DNA of 51,987 bases from Octopus bimaculoides (Eukaryota). Of the stretch, positions 1 to 14,449 are shown piece after piece; position 1 is the stretch's first letter; each line of letters opens with the position of its first letter. Below the pieces are notes generated by a model. That model worked only from the letters and a program-made list of their open reading frames with translations. It made no database searches and had not been told where the DNA came from. The translations under genes and the position numbers were made by a program. The stretch lies in NCBI RefSeq assembly GCF_001194135.2, contig NC_068989.1, forward strand, positions 27,136,914 through 27,188,900. The letters are read 5' to 3'.

Positions 1-282
1 ATATATATATATATATATACATATATACATCGAGAGAGAAAGAGAGAGATATGTATCCATGTATCCATGTATATATGCATGCATGCATGTATATATGTAT
101 GTATGTGGCGTTTAATGTATCTGTTAAATGCAATTTTAAATGCGGCATAAGTTTGAGTAATTAACAAATATAAATTGATCAAATTCTCTGTAGAAATATT
201 GGCAGAACATGAGAAATTCTATCAGAATTATTTCTCTTTTGTATATTAGTCTCTAATAATAATAAACTTATATGTCACCATG

Positions 283-283
283 A

Positions 284-352
<69 letters not shown>
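283..352. repeat. (GTA)n microsatellite
   Basis: Continuous gtagtagta run read directly from the sequence. Confidence 0.97.
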
Positions 353-353
<1 letters not shown>

Positions 354-3300
354 CCAGTTCAATATATTCAGATATTTGTCCAAATATTTCAATATGATGA
401 ATGCCATCCCACTTGCCCTAATCGTTGCTGTTCAGTCCACACCATTTTGAGTCAGCATATGCACAGATCATAATACCCTTCATTCATTCCTAACCTACCC
501 CAGTCATGCATAATCCACTCACGACTTATACAACAGCCTCCAAACCAACACCAGAACTTGAAAGTTGTTTTCAATGCGGCTAATGCACTCTATTTCAAGA
601 AATCATAACCGATAGTCCTTATTGAAATATCAAAACCCCGCATCATTTAATCAGAAATAGCACACAACTAGAGGACACAAATGACTCCAAATGTTGGGTC
701 ACATCATAACCGAGGATGTTTCCTGATGAAGTGTGTCCATAGCATAGCTAGATCTTTTCAAGTCTGTGTCCCTCTTTTCATGTCTGAAATTAGTCGGTAA
801 AGACAAACCATGGACCCCACTATATGCCGTAAATCTAAAGCAAAGAAATGAGCTTCTGCGTGTTAATAATAAGGAGGGAAATGACGAGTTACCATGGAGA
901 TTCCTACATTTGTATAAGTGATATATGTGGATGTAGCATCAATATAAAATTGAAGATTCCCAAACTTGCCCTTAGGCCTCTTGCTACTCATTGTGTCAGA
1001 ATTAATTTTGATGTACTTAACGATTCTTAAATATCAATGCTGCACAACGGATATAAGCCCGAAGGATGAAGTTACACACAATCTGGTGATAGAAGAGTAG
1101 CTAAACTTTTACTCAATCTGGATGGTTCTCAGGGCAAATTAAATATTCAAAGAGCTCAGCAGAGTTGAATGAACATATCCTGCTAGCACTGGGAACAACA
1201 TTTAAATTTCAACATTAGAGAAACAATTTATTTCAGATCTACACTAGGTAGAATGACATCAATCATTGTCATGATCTAAAAGATTTTTTTTTAATACAAC
1301 GCGATAGCTATATGTATCATGCGGATGCCGATATCTTTGTTAAAAACTGAATGACCAATTTAACGTGCGTTTTATTGATATAATTTAAATGTATAACGCT
1401 TGCCCATTAGGTACATTTGAAAGGAAATTATAAAGCCACGTAAGTGGTACTCAAAAAGCGCAAATACTTTAAAATTCTTTAATTTGTGCGGATTTAAGTG
1501 ATCGGTGTACTCCTTAGGCAAAACACTACAACTTTTCTTGTGCATTTAATGGAGTATATTACTAACAGGTACCCATACATGAGAAAGAAATGATCAGGAA
1601 GAGGATATTTAGTGTTCGAAAGTGTAACACCTAGTAAAAATGGAAGCATTTGCCGAGTATAAGTTAATAGAAGTTGAAGCTAGGTGTCTTTGATCGACTA
1701 ACGATAAGAACATTGATGAAAAATGGGCTATTTATGAGTTAAGTTGAATATGTTGAGAATAATGCCTGAGAAGCATTCAAGAACATAAGTTGTGAAAAAC
1801 TATCTGGACAAAAATAAATCCCCAAACAACAACGATCTGCCGAAAGTTACTTCTTTTCGTTTCGAATGCAAGTGTTATATTGCATTTCCTCCACAATCAT
1901 TTAGACTACATTCTTGTAAATTTATAGCTGTTGCGCCAAACAAGGAGAATGCTTCCATTCAGATAGAAAAGAAAAAAACTTGTGGGAAAGCATACAAGGA
2001 AAGGTAAAAAGCAGGTGCTATTGTTAATAAATGATATGAGAATAACACGGAAGTGATCGTGTTTGAAGTCCAAGAAGAGAAACCGCTTTCATAAATAATG
2101 CACATGCCAAATCAAGCTTGTTTATACCTATTCTGCATCTTCAGAGGTTTAGGTAACATGAAATTGACGGCTATGTAATGTATTCCGTTCTTCAATGTAA
2201 TTCTATTTACTATTATGTCAGTTCAGATGTATTTGAAACATTGTACGACGGATGAATGTTTGAAACTTGATAGGACAAGAACTACTATATTTGATAAATT
2301 AAATGAGCAAACTTATATTTTATAAAATATATCTATATTTTCAGAAATTTTAATTTCATGACGTATTTCGCTGTAGGCAAAATGGGTCAGAGCTTCCATA
2401 AAACAGTTGAAATTGTTTTACTAACTGTTATAATCATACTATTGCTAATTTTTCATGGTCATATGGTTATTTCATATGCGCCACATTGCAAATAGTTAGA
2501 AATGCGTTTTGGAAACGATTATGTCGTGATACTCTAAACAGAAGAGTGAACTTGAAATCAGTACGTAAAACATTATCATAATTAATAGCTTCTTGGGAAA
2601 AGGCAAACAATAAGTTTACGTCATTGAAAATAATTTATAAAAAATAAAGTGTTTCGTTGAATTTTTCATCACATGTTCAATATTTACACAAGGATTCTAC
2701 ATGGATTATAAAACACGCATGCGATAGAATAATTCTTTGCTAATTTCTGATGTTTTTCCATACACGAGGGTGTCATTAACTTTTATTCTTATCCCATTTT
2801 CATTTGTCTCTTTCGTAAACATTTAATAACCTCACAGCTAATTTATGCATGAAATAGAAAGTCTATCAGCTCTTTATTTCACGAAATCAATTTTCTGCTT
2901 TGGACGTTCAGTGTAACACAGAAGAATTTATCGTAGAGATATTAGTTTTTTGGCCATTAACCCTTTTCAATCTTCGCTTAATCTCACCATGTATTCAATT
3001 ATCAAAAGCTTGTACTTTCCATAAAAATGCTGCTCAGCTTAATCGTGGCTTAGTTAAAAAGAACCGGCTTAATCACTCACATTAACGCTAATATTGAAAT
3101 CATGTTACCCTACTCTTTAACATAGAAGCATATGTTATGTTCTCTCGGCAGAACAGAGAAGTTAAGTGAGATTCATGATGCCTGGTGTGTCACACATAGT
3201 GCACAATCTAACACTTATTTCGGTTTTACGAGAAACGAGATCACGAACAATGGTATTTATTTACAATATTATTATATATTCTTAACAGATAAGCATGTAC

Positions 3301-4003
3301 CTGCCTATACTAATTGATTCAAATAGATAAGTAAAAGCTATTCAACCAAAAGAATCTATATAAATGCTCATACATTTACATACACACATTCAAACATCAA
3401 TGCGCACACGCCCACACACACAAACAACAGTACCCACATAAAAACAAAGACACGCACAGTACACATGCTTCTACAATCATATTTTTAAATGCCGTATCAC
3501 CACCAACGAGATAAACAGTTCGATATCGGTCATAGATACAAATATAGAAATTTTCTGTATCAACGAGATTCATCAACATAACCCAAAGATTAATATTCAA
3601 TAGGAGTCTGGCTAGTGCTTCAAATAAAATATCAGTTACCCCCAATGTCACCCCTGCCATGACCAACGTTATTACCACTACGAAGATGATTTCAAAAGCT
3701 TCCTGTCAACACTACGTCGCCTGCTATTATCGCTATGTTTACGCTAACTGTAAATACTTACACACGTACCCATACACATATGCATAAACACACACAAATA
3801 CATACATACATATATATATATAAATAGCAAATGTCTAAGGTCGGGTTGGGTGTGAAGTTGGGTTATATCCAGAGAAGAACTCGACCCGAACATTGGGCTA
3901 TCCAAGATCCAAACCAGAATTCTTCTGGCGAAAGATATGTTTGGGATTTTTCTTTGTCTACGTCTTCTTCTTTTCATTGGATATACATATATATATATAT
4001 ATA

Positions 4004-4079
4004 CTCCTTTTCTGTTTTACTTGTTTCAGTCACTTGACAGTGGACATGCTGGAGGACAAACACAGACACACAAACATAA

Positions 4080-4156
<77 letters not shown>

Positions 4157-4200
4157 TACGTCGGGATTCTTTCAGTTTCCGTCTACCAAGGCTCACAAGA
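4004..4200 (-). mobile_element. tRNA-derived SINE family A, internally deleted, with expanded internal (TA)n
   Basis: Contains cttgtttcagtcacttgac...catgctggag, ggacaaacacagacacacaaac and gggattctttcagtttccgtctacc, all shared with the copies at 26067-26418 and 29660-30103. Confidence 0.8.
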
Positions 4201-4465
4201 GGCCATAAGTTTGGTATAGTGTGAATAGACTGTCATGTGTACATATACACATGATTGTACATACATACACACTTGCATATATACATACACATACATGTAT
4301 TCATATATACACACATTCACAAATATATACAAACATACATAAGCATGTATAGAAAATATATATACATATAAGCTCATATATATAAACATGTGCAAAAATG
4401 TATTCACTCGCATTGTACATATGTGTACAAATATACATAGATTATAGCACACATACACACACACG

Positions 4466-4508
<43 letters not shown>

Positions 4509-4537
4509 TTATATGCATACGCACACACATACACATT

Positions 4538-4573
<36 letters not shown>

Positions 4574-5142
4574 NNNNNNNNNNNNNNNNNNNNNNNNNNN
4601 NNNNNNNNNNNNNNNNNNNNNNNNNNNNNNNNNNNNNNNNNNNNNNNNNNNNNNNNNNNNNNNNNNNNNNNNNNNNNNNNNNNNNNNNNNNNNNNNNNNN
4701 NNNNNNNNNNNNNNNNNNNNNNNNNNNNNNNNNNNNNNNNNNNNNNNNNNNNNNNNNNNNNNNNNNNNNNNNNNNNNNNNNNNNNNNNNNNNNNNNNNNN
4801 NNNNNNNNNNNNNNNNNNNNNNNNNNNNNNNNNNNNNNNNNNNNNNNNNNNNNNNNNNNNNNNNNNNNNNNNNNNNNNNNNNNNNNNNNNNNNNNNNNNN
4901 NNNNNNNNNNNNNNNNNNNNNNNNNNNNNNNNNNNNNNNNNNNNNNNNNNNNNNNNNNNNNNNNNNNNNNNNNNNNNNNNNNNNNNNNNNNNNNNNNNNN
5001 NNNNNNNNNNNNNNNNNNNNNNNNNNNNNNNNNNNNNNNNNNNNNNNNNNNNNNNNNNNNNNNNNNNNNNNNNNNNNNNNNNNNNNNNNNNNNNNNNNNN
5101 NNNNNNNNNNNNNNNNNNNNNNNNNNNNNNNNNNNNNNNNNN
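4574..5142. other. Assembly gap flanked by (TA)n
   Basis: N run. Confidence 0.99.
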
Positions 5143-5174
<32 letters not shown>

Positions 5175-5544
5175 CGCATAAAAAGGCAGCTGCACATAGA
5201 TCCGTACATATATTCATACATACATATTCACATATAATAATATGTGCATGTAATAGTACACATATATATATATGTGCACGTATGTGTTTGTATTAGCAAC
5301 CTATACAACCATAGACACATATATATAAATACTATTTCGCAGAAATCAGTACATACATATACATATATGATTACATATCTTTTCTTGTGCCCATACACTC
5401 GCATACGCACATATGCACATATATGTTGGTACTGGTAATTCACATACACACATACAAACGCACAGTCGCATGTTTATACATGCACGTACTCACATACATG
5501 TATGTATATTAAGATAAATAGTAAAAGTATAAAAGATATAAAGT

Positions 5545-6015
5545 ATATAAATATAAACATGTGAATACATATCAGGCATTTTTTTGTTTGTTTTGTTTTG
5601 TTAAAAAGCAGTAATATAGTTATTACTGAAAGGTAGTTTTCTGAATAATAGTCAAACTGATGTATGTGTCGCCAATTGTCTATATTCAAAAGTAGAATAA
5701 CTCAAAGAATTAAAGAATAGGTTGGTTACAATGGGTGATTGGTATAAAAAGATACTGAGTATAGATGTAATGGAGGTATAATATAATAATATAAATTATA
5801 TTTAAATTAAATAATCATCATGAACATATGTATAAAAAGGAGATATAAAATATATAAATATAAATATAACAATGTATACATATCAGACCTTATTTTCTTG
5901 TTAATAATGTGTTAATTTAGTTATTAATGAAAAGTAGTTGTATAAATAATAGTCAAACAAATCTGAATATTATAAAATATGTCTTTTCAAGATTTAGAAT
6001 GATAGTCAGTTACAA
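5545..6015. repeat. Diverged direct repeat pair (~5545-5735 and ~5855-6015)
   Basis: Shared blocks include tacatatcag, ttagttatta(c/a)tgaaa.gtagtt, aataatagtcaaac and gttac(a)a. The pair lies at the 3' side of the minus-strand PLE. Confidence 0.65.
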
Positions 6016-6139
6016 AATTTAGCAATAATGTATGCTCACATGTTGGTAGAATGTTATTCTTATTAACTCCAATAACTCCATTTATTCATTTGCCTGATTA
6101 TAAACCATGCTTTATACATAAACCTATTATTTTATGGAT

Positions 6140-7750
6140 ATTAACCTCACCCCCAAAATTTGTGCCGATGGGGTTTTGTGGGTGTGCAGATGAAGGTGTG
6201 TGTTATGATTGCTAGGAAGTGGTTATTGCAAGTGTGCGTGGAGAAGTGTGGGATGGTGTGGTATGCTGTGGTGGTGTGGTGGTGCGTGGGAGTAGGGGAT
6301 GTGGATGTGTGGGTGCGGGCTGGGCATATGTGTGTGAGGTGGTTGTGCGAGTGTAAGGTTGGGGTGGTTGAAGGTGATATCTATGAAGTAAGTTGGTGGG
6401 TGGGAGTGAAGAGGGGAAGTAGATGTCAGAAAAGAGNNNNNNNNNNNNNNNNNNNNNNNNNNNNNNNNNNNNNNNNNNNNNNNNNNNNNNNNNNNNNNNN
6501 NNNNNNNNNNNNNNNNNNNNNNNNNNNNNNNNNNNNNNNNNNNNNNNNNNNNNNNNNNNNNNNNNNNNNNNNNNNNNNNNNNNNNNNNNNNNNNNNNNNN
6601 NNNNNNNNNNNNNNNNNNNNNNNNNNNNNNNNNNNNNNNNNNNNNNNNNNNNNNNNNNNNNNNNNNNNNNNNNNNNNNNNNNNNNNNNNNNNNNNNNNNN
6701 NNNNNNNNNNNNNNNNNNNNNNNNNNNNNNNNNNNNNNNNNNNNNNNNNNNNNNNNNNNNNNNNNNNNNNNNNNNNNNNNNNNNNNNNNNNNNNNNNNNN
6801 NNNNNNNNNNNNNNNNNNNNNNNNNNNNNNNNNNNNNNNNNNNNNNNNNNNNNNNNNNNNNNNNNNNNNNNNNNNNNNNNNNNNNNNNNNNNNNNNNNNN
6901 NNNNNNNNNNNNNNNNNNNNNNNNNNNNNNNNNNNNNNNNNNNNNNNNNNNNNNNNNNNNNNNNNNNNNNNNNNNNNNNNNNNNNNNNNNNNNNNNNNNN
7001 NNNNNNNNNNNNNNNNNNNNNNNNNNNNNNNNNNNNNNNNNNNNNNNNNNNNNNNNNNNNNNNNNNNNNNNNNNNNNNNNNNNNNNNNNNNNNNNNNNNN
7101 NNNNNNNNNNNNNNNNNNNNNNNNNNNNNNNNNNNNNNNNNNNNNNNNNNNNNNNNNNNNNNNNNNNNNNNNNNNNNNNNNNNNNNNNNNNNNNNNNNNN
7201 NNNNNNNATTTTGAGATCAAGTCCGTAGGGTAGTTACAGGCGGAGAGGGTGGGGCGCCGAGGCTGTTGAGCTAATGAATTTTGCGAAGGAAATAAATGGG
7301 GGGGGGGATGCGAACAATGAGAATGGAGGCGGCGGGAGGGAGACAGGGCGTGGAGATGAGGTAATGGATAGTGGAGGACACAGTCTGTTTTTAGTGAGAT
7401 GTGGGGCTGGAGAGCAAAAGGCAATAGATGGGGGTGTCTTAAAGTTGGCAGAGAGCGTTGGAGAGATCTGCGCACCACACCACCACGGTTCCACCCTTGT
7501 CAACCGGTTGTATGATAATGTTTTGACGGCGTCGATGACATGGAAGAGCTGAGAATTCGGCTGGGGAGATGTTAAAATGTCGGGGACTCTTTCGAAAGTT
7601 AAACCGGTCAACAACACGTTGGCAGTTGCTTGCAAAATGATCGACTGCTTGGAACTGGCCAGGAGCTTGCGTCCAGTGGGATGGTCGGCAGCCCAGGTCG
7701 GTGAAGCAATCGTCTTCAACAGATGCAAGTGGGGTGTTGTGGCATAGTGC
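6140..7750 (-). mobile_element. Penelope-like element, degraded N-terminal and reverse-transcriptase-proximal region (interrupted by a gap)
   Basis: Manual minus-strand translation, in a frame different from the listed 216-aa ORF, gives SHWTQAPGQFQAVDHFASNCQRVVDRFNF...NISPAEFSAL...IIIQPVDKGGTVVVW (DKGG from 7501 downward)...IYFLRKIH. After a frameshift it reads RRPTLSACNYPTDLISK. This matches the PLE motifs IVIKPADKGG and PKIHK...RPIVSAC. Stops and frameshifts are present. Confidence 0.85.
6437..7207. other. Assembly gap
   Basis: N run. Confidence 0.99.
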
Positions 7751-8330
7751 ATATAGTCTGACATTTTAGCTGTGTCATAACAGTATGAGTAATGAAAGAC
7801 ATGGACCTCTATAACACCCATAAGGGTATCCTTCCCTGTCACAGATATCTTTTTATTTGACTCCAGCTTTATTGACATGGGCAAGGGAATAGTCAGAAAA
7901 GAAATACTTAATGTATTTCAATAGTGGTAGTTCCTAAATCTCAAGCAAAAATAGAATAACGTGATGAAACTCGAAGCAATCTAACTAATAATGGAGAAAT
8001 ATAATCATTGCTCGTTCTTCTGGACTTTTCTGTAACAGAACTTACTAAATCTGATTATTTCGTAAGTGCTAGAAGCAAATAATGGTTCTAGCCCTTGATT
8101 CATAGGTCAGTTAATAGCTCCATAGTTTCTTCAATAGTATTCATTTTAATAGCCACATTCAGAGATATTGCATATAGCTTACTCCAGTTTTCTTCTGCGA
8201 TAGAAACAATGCTTTTCAATCAGGCACTACTCCTCTTCAATCATTATTGTTTACTTTAACAGTGTTTTTTTTTCTTTTATTATTTAATTCTCTCTATATT
8301 TCTATCATATACTATTTCAGGCAAATATAC

Positions 8331-8545
8331 GTGGTGCGATGGGAGAATCGTTAGCACGCGGAGCAAACTGCTTAGTGACATTTAGTCTTCATATACTGAA
8401 TTCAAATTCTGTCGAGATCGACTCTGCATTCCATTCTTTTGGAGCCGATTAAATAAGTACCACTCAAGTACTACTATCGAAGTACTCGACTTCTTCCTCC
8501 CCTGAATAAATTGCTGGTCCTGTGATAAACATTTGAAATCAATGT
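8331..8545 (+). mobile_element. tRNA-derived SINE family B
   Basis: Reads gagaatcgttagcacg (A-box-like), gaattcaaattc (B-box-like), then aaataagtacc...atcga...tcgact. Homologous to 13030-13290 and 49051-49256. Confidence 0.75.
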
Positions 8546-8789
8546 GTCAATGATCGGTATATTTATTTTTAATTATAAATAGTATATTTGTTTTCAAGAG
8601 AACACATATTGCTTCATAGTTAATAAGTGCATAAGGGACTCTTCGATATTTTTCTATTTTTTTAATGAACTGTGTATCATATTTGAAATGTTGTTAGCTA
8701 AAACTCTCCCGCATAATTATTGCACGTTTTCTGATTTTCTGCTGTTGGCATAGCGCCAATATAACTACTTGGTTATAGTTATCAATGAA

Positions 8790-9110
8790 TTCCAGTTTTA
8801 TGAGGACTGGACAGCTAAAGATACGAGACATCTATTTCTCTCTTTAAATTCTCTGCACACTCAGCCATTCATATTCTTAATCGATTTTCACTAGCAAAGC
8901 AACCATGTTGTGTAAAAACACGCCTCACTTTTCCATCTTTAGTCTGAAGCTTTTCAACCATCGTTATCTTTATGCATATTCTTGCTTCATTTATCCTTGC
9001 TGCGTACTGACCAGTGGGCGAAATTATTCCCTCCAGTTTGAATGAATATTATTTTCAGTTCCCTTTCATAATTCATTTTACTCTCTTTGTATTTCATATT
9101 TCCTGCGATC
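8790..9110 (-). mobile_element. Possible fragment of an R4-like LINE (region upstream of the CCHC motif)
   Basis: Minus translation LEGIISPTGQYAARINEARIC and LHNMVA loosely resembles EGLIFAAQEQALRTN and RHDNVA. Highly degenerate. Confidence 0.3.
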
Positions 9111-12100
9111 TTCTATGTGGCTAATACTTTTAGTATATATTTAATATTTTTTGTCCTTCGTGTTTTCAATTGACAACTAATAAAATTGCATAATCATGTC
9201 CTTTATAGTTATATTATGCGGTTTAATTACATATTTTATAGTTATTTTCTGTCTTTTAAAGAACGAAAGGAATTTGTGGGATAATTTATATTAATAATTT
9301 ATTGGAAACTCTTGATTCAGTTTCACAGAACATAAACCTCACTATTTAGGACATCTTTTAGTCAATACGCGTTGAACATTATAGCCACTGATTCCAATGG
9401 AAGTAAAAATAGACTGTAAGAACATAGTTATAACTATAAGCGTAACATTCGCCTCCAAAGTTTGATCTACTGCACAGAATGAAAACGAATGAATTCTTAA
9501 GATTTGCTAGGATTTTGTAGTTAGAAGCAAGTGGTTAACCTGCTATGCGAGGACTGCTGATTAATGCTAATTATTATAACATAACAAGACCGGTTATTTC
9601 GACATAGATCGATTGTGGATAATCATAGATTGATTGTGCATAATCATATGAAACAAATATTAGGTATTCACGTACTCAAAGTGGTACAAAATTACCGCGA
9701 TAAAGGTATATAGAAATCTAAGACTACGAAACAGTTTCTGTCCTCATAGCCACTGATTCAAATGTATCACAAACTCATATCACAAATTCCGACATATTTC
9801 CTTCTCTATTTTATGCCAAATATCTACGATATTCATTCACTAAAAATCAACATTTAATAAAAGATTTGGTGCAAACTATTTCACACGAGCTATTAGCATC
9901 ACAACAGGCAATGAGACAATGCACAGCAATGAAAATAAAATTTCTTATTGAATGAAAAACAAAACAAAAAAAGATAAAAAGGCTAAAAGTGTGCGCAATT
10001 GAGAGACTTACTTCAATAATTGAGTATTCTAGTTGAAATGTCGGTCAAATCACCTGCGATAGCATATCTCCATCATAAATAGAGAAAAGAATATTATAAG
10101 ATGTAATCCATGGTAATCCTTCCAAGAAAACAAAAAGACGTTCGTGTCACCGTTGTACTGGCTTCCATCACAAGTCTACTTGAACAGTTTATTTTGTGTT
10201 AGCACAACAACTAAAAAAAAGGAAAATATAAAATGCTCTGCAATTTTCATCGAGGGGTGATTTTATATTTCATTTCATATATGAGAAAATCAATAACACA
10301 AATTAACTTTAGGATTTACGTCACTTTATTAATAGTGTATATTTGTTTAGCATCATTTCACAGCAACGTGAGGCTTTGTTATATGAATATTAGTATTTAC
10401 CTGTATTTTATTTGGTTGATTCCAGAAAAAAAGCATATTATGTAATATAATTAAATATATAAATTAATCTATTTAATCTCGCTTCAGCAAATACAATTTG
10501 CATATGAAAATCGAGAACGATAAGGCACATATTCATGATTGCATACGAAATCGATTTCATTTTTAATTGTATAATCAATCCAGTTTAATGAATAGGACAG
10601 TTTGTATCAAACATGAACTATAAAATATTATAGAATTCTCATAGACACAGACTGTTTATTTAACGTATTTTATTAATAGAATATGTATGAATAACTATTT
10701 AGTAATTATATAATAATTTTAATACAGTGTCCTCTCTAATATTGCTTGGCAGCAGTGGCTATCGTTCTTGCTGATGTTACACATTAAAAATTCTGTTAAA
10801 TCAAAGCTTACTGGTGTATATGTTGTATATAGAAATTTAGCCTGGTCTAAGTATTTGGATAATATTTAAGTTTTAAAAAAAGCAGCTAATTTTTAGAAGA
10901 CATGTGGCTATGTGGCTATACAAGAGTGGTATCTTTATTGATGTTGTTGCTATACCTACAACACCCAGTTCAATTTTTTTGAAGGGTAAATTCAACTATT
11001 CGTGAGCAACAGAACCGTTTACGACGCATGCATCATTTTAATTAATGATCGACACTGAGATGGTGCGAATTTAAACGCCACTCATACTAAAAACTGTATT
11101 TGTGTACAATTGAATGACACTGTGCGGTCAAAATATCTAAAATTAATTATTGGTAGAGAGACAGTTTTTTTCCACCTTCTCTAAAAGTGGCAATCCCCCG
11201 CAAAAATGGGTCTTCGATTACTGTTCGATTACAAAGCATTAGTTTACCGTTTTTGAATAATGCAATAACATCACAACATCTTCTGTTACAGTCGTTTAGA
11301 AATTCCATATGTTAATTATAAAGATTATTTTCATCGTCACAGAAATTTATGCTATTTTGTTTTGTTTTGAAAAAATGTCAATATATTTTTTATTTAACAG
11401 AATCACAAGTAACATCTATTTTCCTTTAACATAGACACATTTAACCTAGATACTATTATGAAGCTGTTATGAAGCACCCTAGAATAAATAGTACATGCAG
11501 GTTGTAACTTTGCATTTTGTCCAATAAACATTGATAGTTATTGACACTTTGATGCTTTTTATTCATTCCAAAATCTCCCGGTGGTTCGACATTATGAAAA
11601 ACGTGTCGGCATTATACATCGCTTCCCAGGAAAACATTTCAAAATATTTTGCTCTACGCATCATCTGTATGTAGAATATAATATCATATTGTTTATACTA
11701 TTCTCAACCACAAGTATTATAGTATTATGTCTCTCGTGGGAACAACAGAACATTATTACAGCAAATTGCCGAGCAGGTTTAAGTTAGTCATTATTAAGAA
11801 ACTCAATATTAATTCTTCCTATTTAATTAGAATGGCTATCATTTCATGAACACCAGGGAAGTCACAATTTTTCTAGAAAACAGAGCAATTATAAAACTGA
11901 AATACTATGTGTTGCAGTTGCTAAGTTAAATATGAGAAGCCCATGCAGCAGATTCCTTAGAAGTACCAGCGTGTATTGATTCAGATGTGATATATTACAT
12001 AAATATGTAATATTCATGCAACGGGAAGGTTTGAACGTCAATTTCAGCAAAGGTTTGAAGGAGCATGTTGTGTACCAATTTCTGTCAACGTCTGAGACAG

Positions 12101-13029
12101 ACAATGTCAGGTGATACACAGCAGCTTGAAGAATCTAGTATCTATGTTTAAAGGTAAACCTCGGTCATAATTTGCCTCATTTGATTTTGCGTTGCGACTC
12201 CGAACGTTTAATGAAGTTAGGGCCTGTATGAGCTAAATTCAATAAAGCAGTGATTCACATATTTTGTCTTTTGTAAAAGCAAGTTGAAACTTTTCGTTTT
12301 TTCTTCTATATTTGTATACTTATCTCATTTCTATATAGGTATACTGGGCATGGAGAACAAAAGACATTTGGAACACAGAATTGATAGCGTCCACTTGCAG
12401 AAAATCATCATAAGTAGATCTTTCAGATTCATTTTAAGTCGTCCTAATAATTATGAATGTATTGGAAATGATGATAAAATGACACCACTACTTCTCCAGG
12501 AATCATACACTTCCGTGAAACATGCATATTTCCTTGTCATGTGCCATTGAATTTACATTACTTAGCCTATGTGCAGTATGTGCAGAATTGTATTCATTAG
12601 CTATTATCATGCACCAGTGGTTGTCAACTTGTATAGTTTCCACTCCGAATATTTCGTGCAAAAGGTCCTTAATTAGCAGACATCAATTGGCTTCAACATC
12701 GTTAGAGTTTCGAAATGTCATATACTCGTCTTTAGGAATTTACTTTCTTCCTTCTTTTCCATTTAGGCTTTTCAATAACATCTGTCATTATTTCTTGTAA
12801 TTTATTTCCTTTCCACTGGTCTATTTGTATCTATCTATATTTATAGAAAAATATTTGTTTTCTGTGTAGACAGTATGGTGTATAATAAGGGATAATGATA
12901 AAACTTAAGCATATTTTGGGCTAAAATTGCCTGCCTTATCTGTTGTACATAGTTGCTAAAATTAACAATTGTCTTCAGCGAGACGAAAAACATATTTCAG
13001 GATGCCATTTTCATCCTTAATAGATGTTT

Positions 13030-13290
13030 TAATGCAGAGATGGCATGGTTTTTGCACGCTGGAGGAAATGCTGAGCGGCATTTTTGCGTTCTAAGATCAA
13101 ATTCCACTGAGGTAGATTTTGCTTTTCTGTTCGGTGTCTATAAAATGAATACCAGTTGAGTATTGGGATCGATATAATCGACTAGCTCCCCTATACTATA
13201 CTATACTATACTATACTATACTATACTATACTATACTATACTATTCTATACTATAGGCTTTGAGCCTATAGTCGAAAAGATATTAATAGG
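13030..13290 (+). mobile_element. tRNA-derived SINE family B with internal (CTATA)n expansion
   Basis: Reads gcacgctggaggaaatgctgagcgg...agatcaaattcc...accagttgagtattgggatcgatataatcgact, then (CTATA)n at 13191-13255, then the SINE 3' end ggctttgagcctatagtcgaaaagat. Confidence 0.8.
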
Positions 13291-14449
13291 GATTTTTCAA
13301 TTGAAAACAGAAAATATATATAATGAAATTACTATGTTATTTCTGTAAGATGAGTAGGAATATATATCACAAAAATAGTTCATAAAATTTTACCCAACAA
13401 ATACAGTCATCATCATAAAAGTGAAGACATAAAGTAAACGCAGACTAAATGTACTTTCGAAGGTTATCTTCAAGCATTCTAAATTCTGTTAATACAATTC
13501 CGTGCGTATTGCGTATTTTACGTACATACGCGCATACCTAAGTAATGCTCACCATCGTAGTCAGTCCGACACTAGAACATGTGTAGTTACAGCTTATGCG
13601 TAAGCAACATATCAAATATTGGAAAATATGAACTAAGGAATGGAGTAAGATTACATAGGAATATTTCTACATAAGTGTTTTAAATATTACCTATATTGGA
13701 GTATATATATATATAAACGATGCATACATTCTAACTAGGTGTTATAACGTTACACATACGAAAAATAAACCAAGTGACTTTCTAAACAATGCACAAAAAC
13801 ATGTCAAATATATATGCTTAAATACAATTATATTATTAGCAGCAACATCAAAAGATAATTATCCAAGTTGTGAACAACTTTAAATATAATTCTGATAAAA
13901 CTTTATAGAAACCTCGAAACAAAAATCATTGTCTACTTTGAAAAACAAATGCAAATATCAGTGGATAAATAAAATCATAATAACAAAACATATAAGTCTC
14001 CTTTGACTAAATCGTGACTACAACCACAATTTACAATGGATCTAATATCTTAAGAAATATTTATATGAAGTATATATACAATTTGACCCCTAAAAGTTCG
14101 ATTGTATGCATAAGGTAAATAATAATTTGCAACTCCAAACAGCCAGAATTAGATTTCTCACCATAACATTTAAATGTACATGCAAAACTAATCATTCGAT
14201 GTAAATTGATACATCTAGGTAAAACATTTGATTGAGAGCTTGCTGACATCCTACTCTCACTGATGGAAAAGACAGAACTGCCACCTAAATTTAGCAGTAA
14301 ACAGCACACTAACAATTCGGTTGAAATCCATACCTGTAATGTACAAACAGAACACCAAAACCGTGTGGGCACCTTACAATGATGATATGTTTCCTCTCAG
14401 TTGAAATGACAGGCCATACAACATCAATATAAGTAAATTAGAATTAGAG

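Noticed and set aside
353-850. Possible retroposon 3' end on the minus strand with a (TAC)n tail, and CTGATGA at ~724
   Set aside because: No coding motif was recognised and no GAAAC follows the CTGATGA, so it cannot be classified without a repeat library.
2761-2800. tacacgagggtgtc resembling a mariner TIR start
   Set aside because: No matching opposite TIR or transposase sequence was found nearby.
4398-5449. Long ORFs rich in YI/HT/CV dipeptides and X (also at 28.9-30 kb, 31-33 kb, 39-42 kb)
   Set aside because: These are translations of dinucleotide microsatellites and N gaps, not genes.
7234-7884. 216-aa minus-strand ORF, the longest gap-free ORF in the window
   Set aside because: It is an off-frame overlap of the PLE relic. 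The recognisable PLE motifs lie in another frame that contains stops.
10719-10792. Possible minus-strand terminal exon (EFLMCNISKNDSHCCQAILERTLY*)
   Set aside because: The polypyrimidine tract is weak, there is no homology, and it is short enough to be chance.
11889-12800. Several 70-90-aa ORFs in unique sequence
   Set aside because: No recognisable motif, and both strands give similarly uninformative peptides.
14061-14372. 103-aa minus ORF with a hydrophobic start and an acceptor-like site
   Set aside because: No family motif and no convincing donor; unsupported without expression data.
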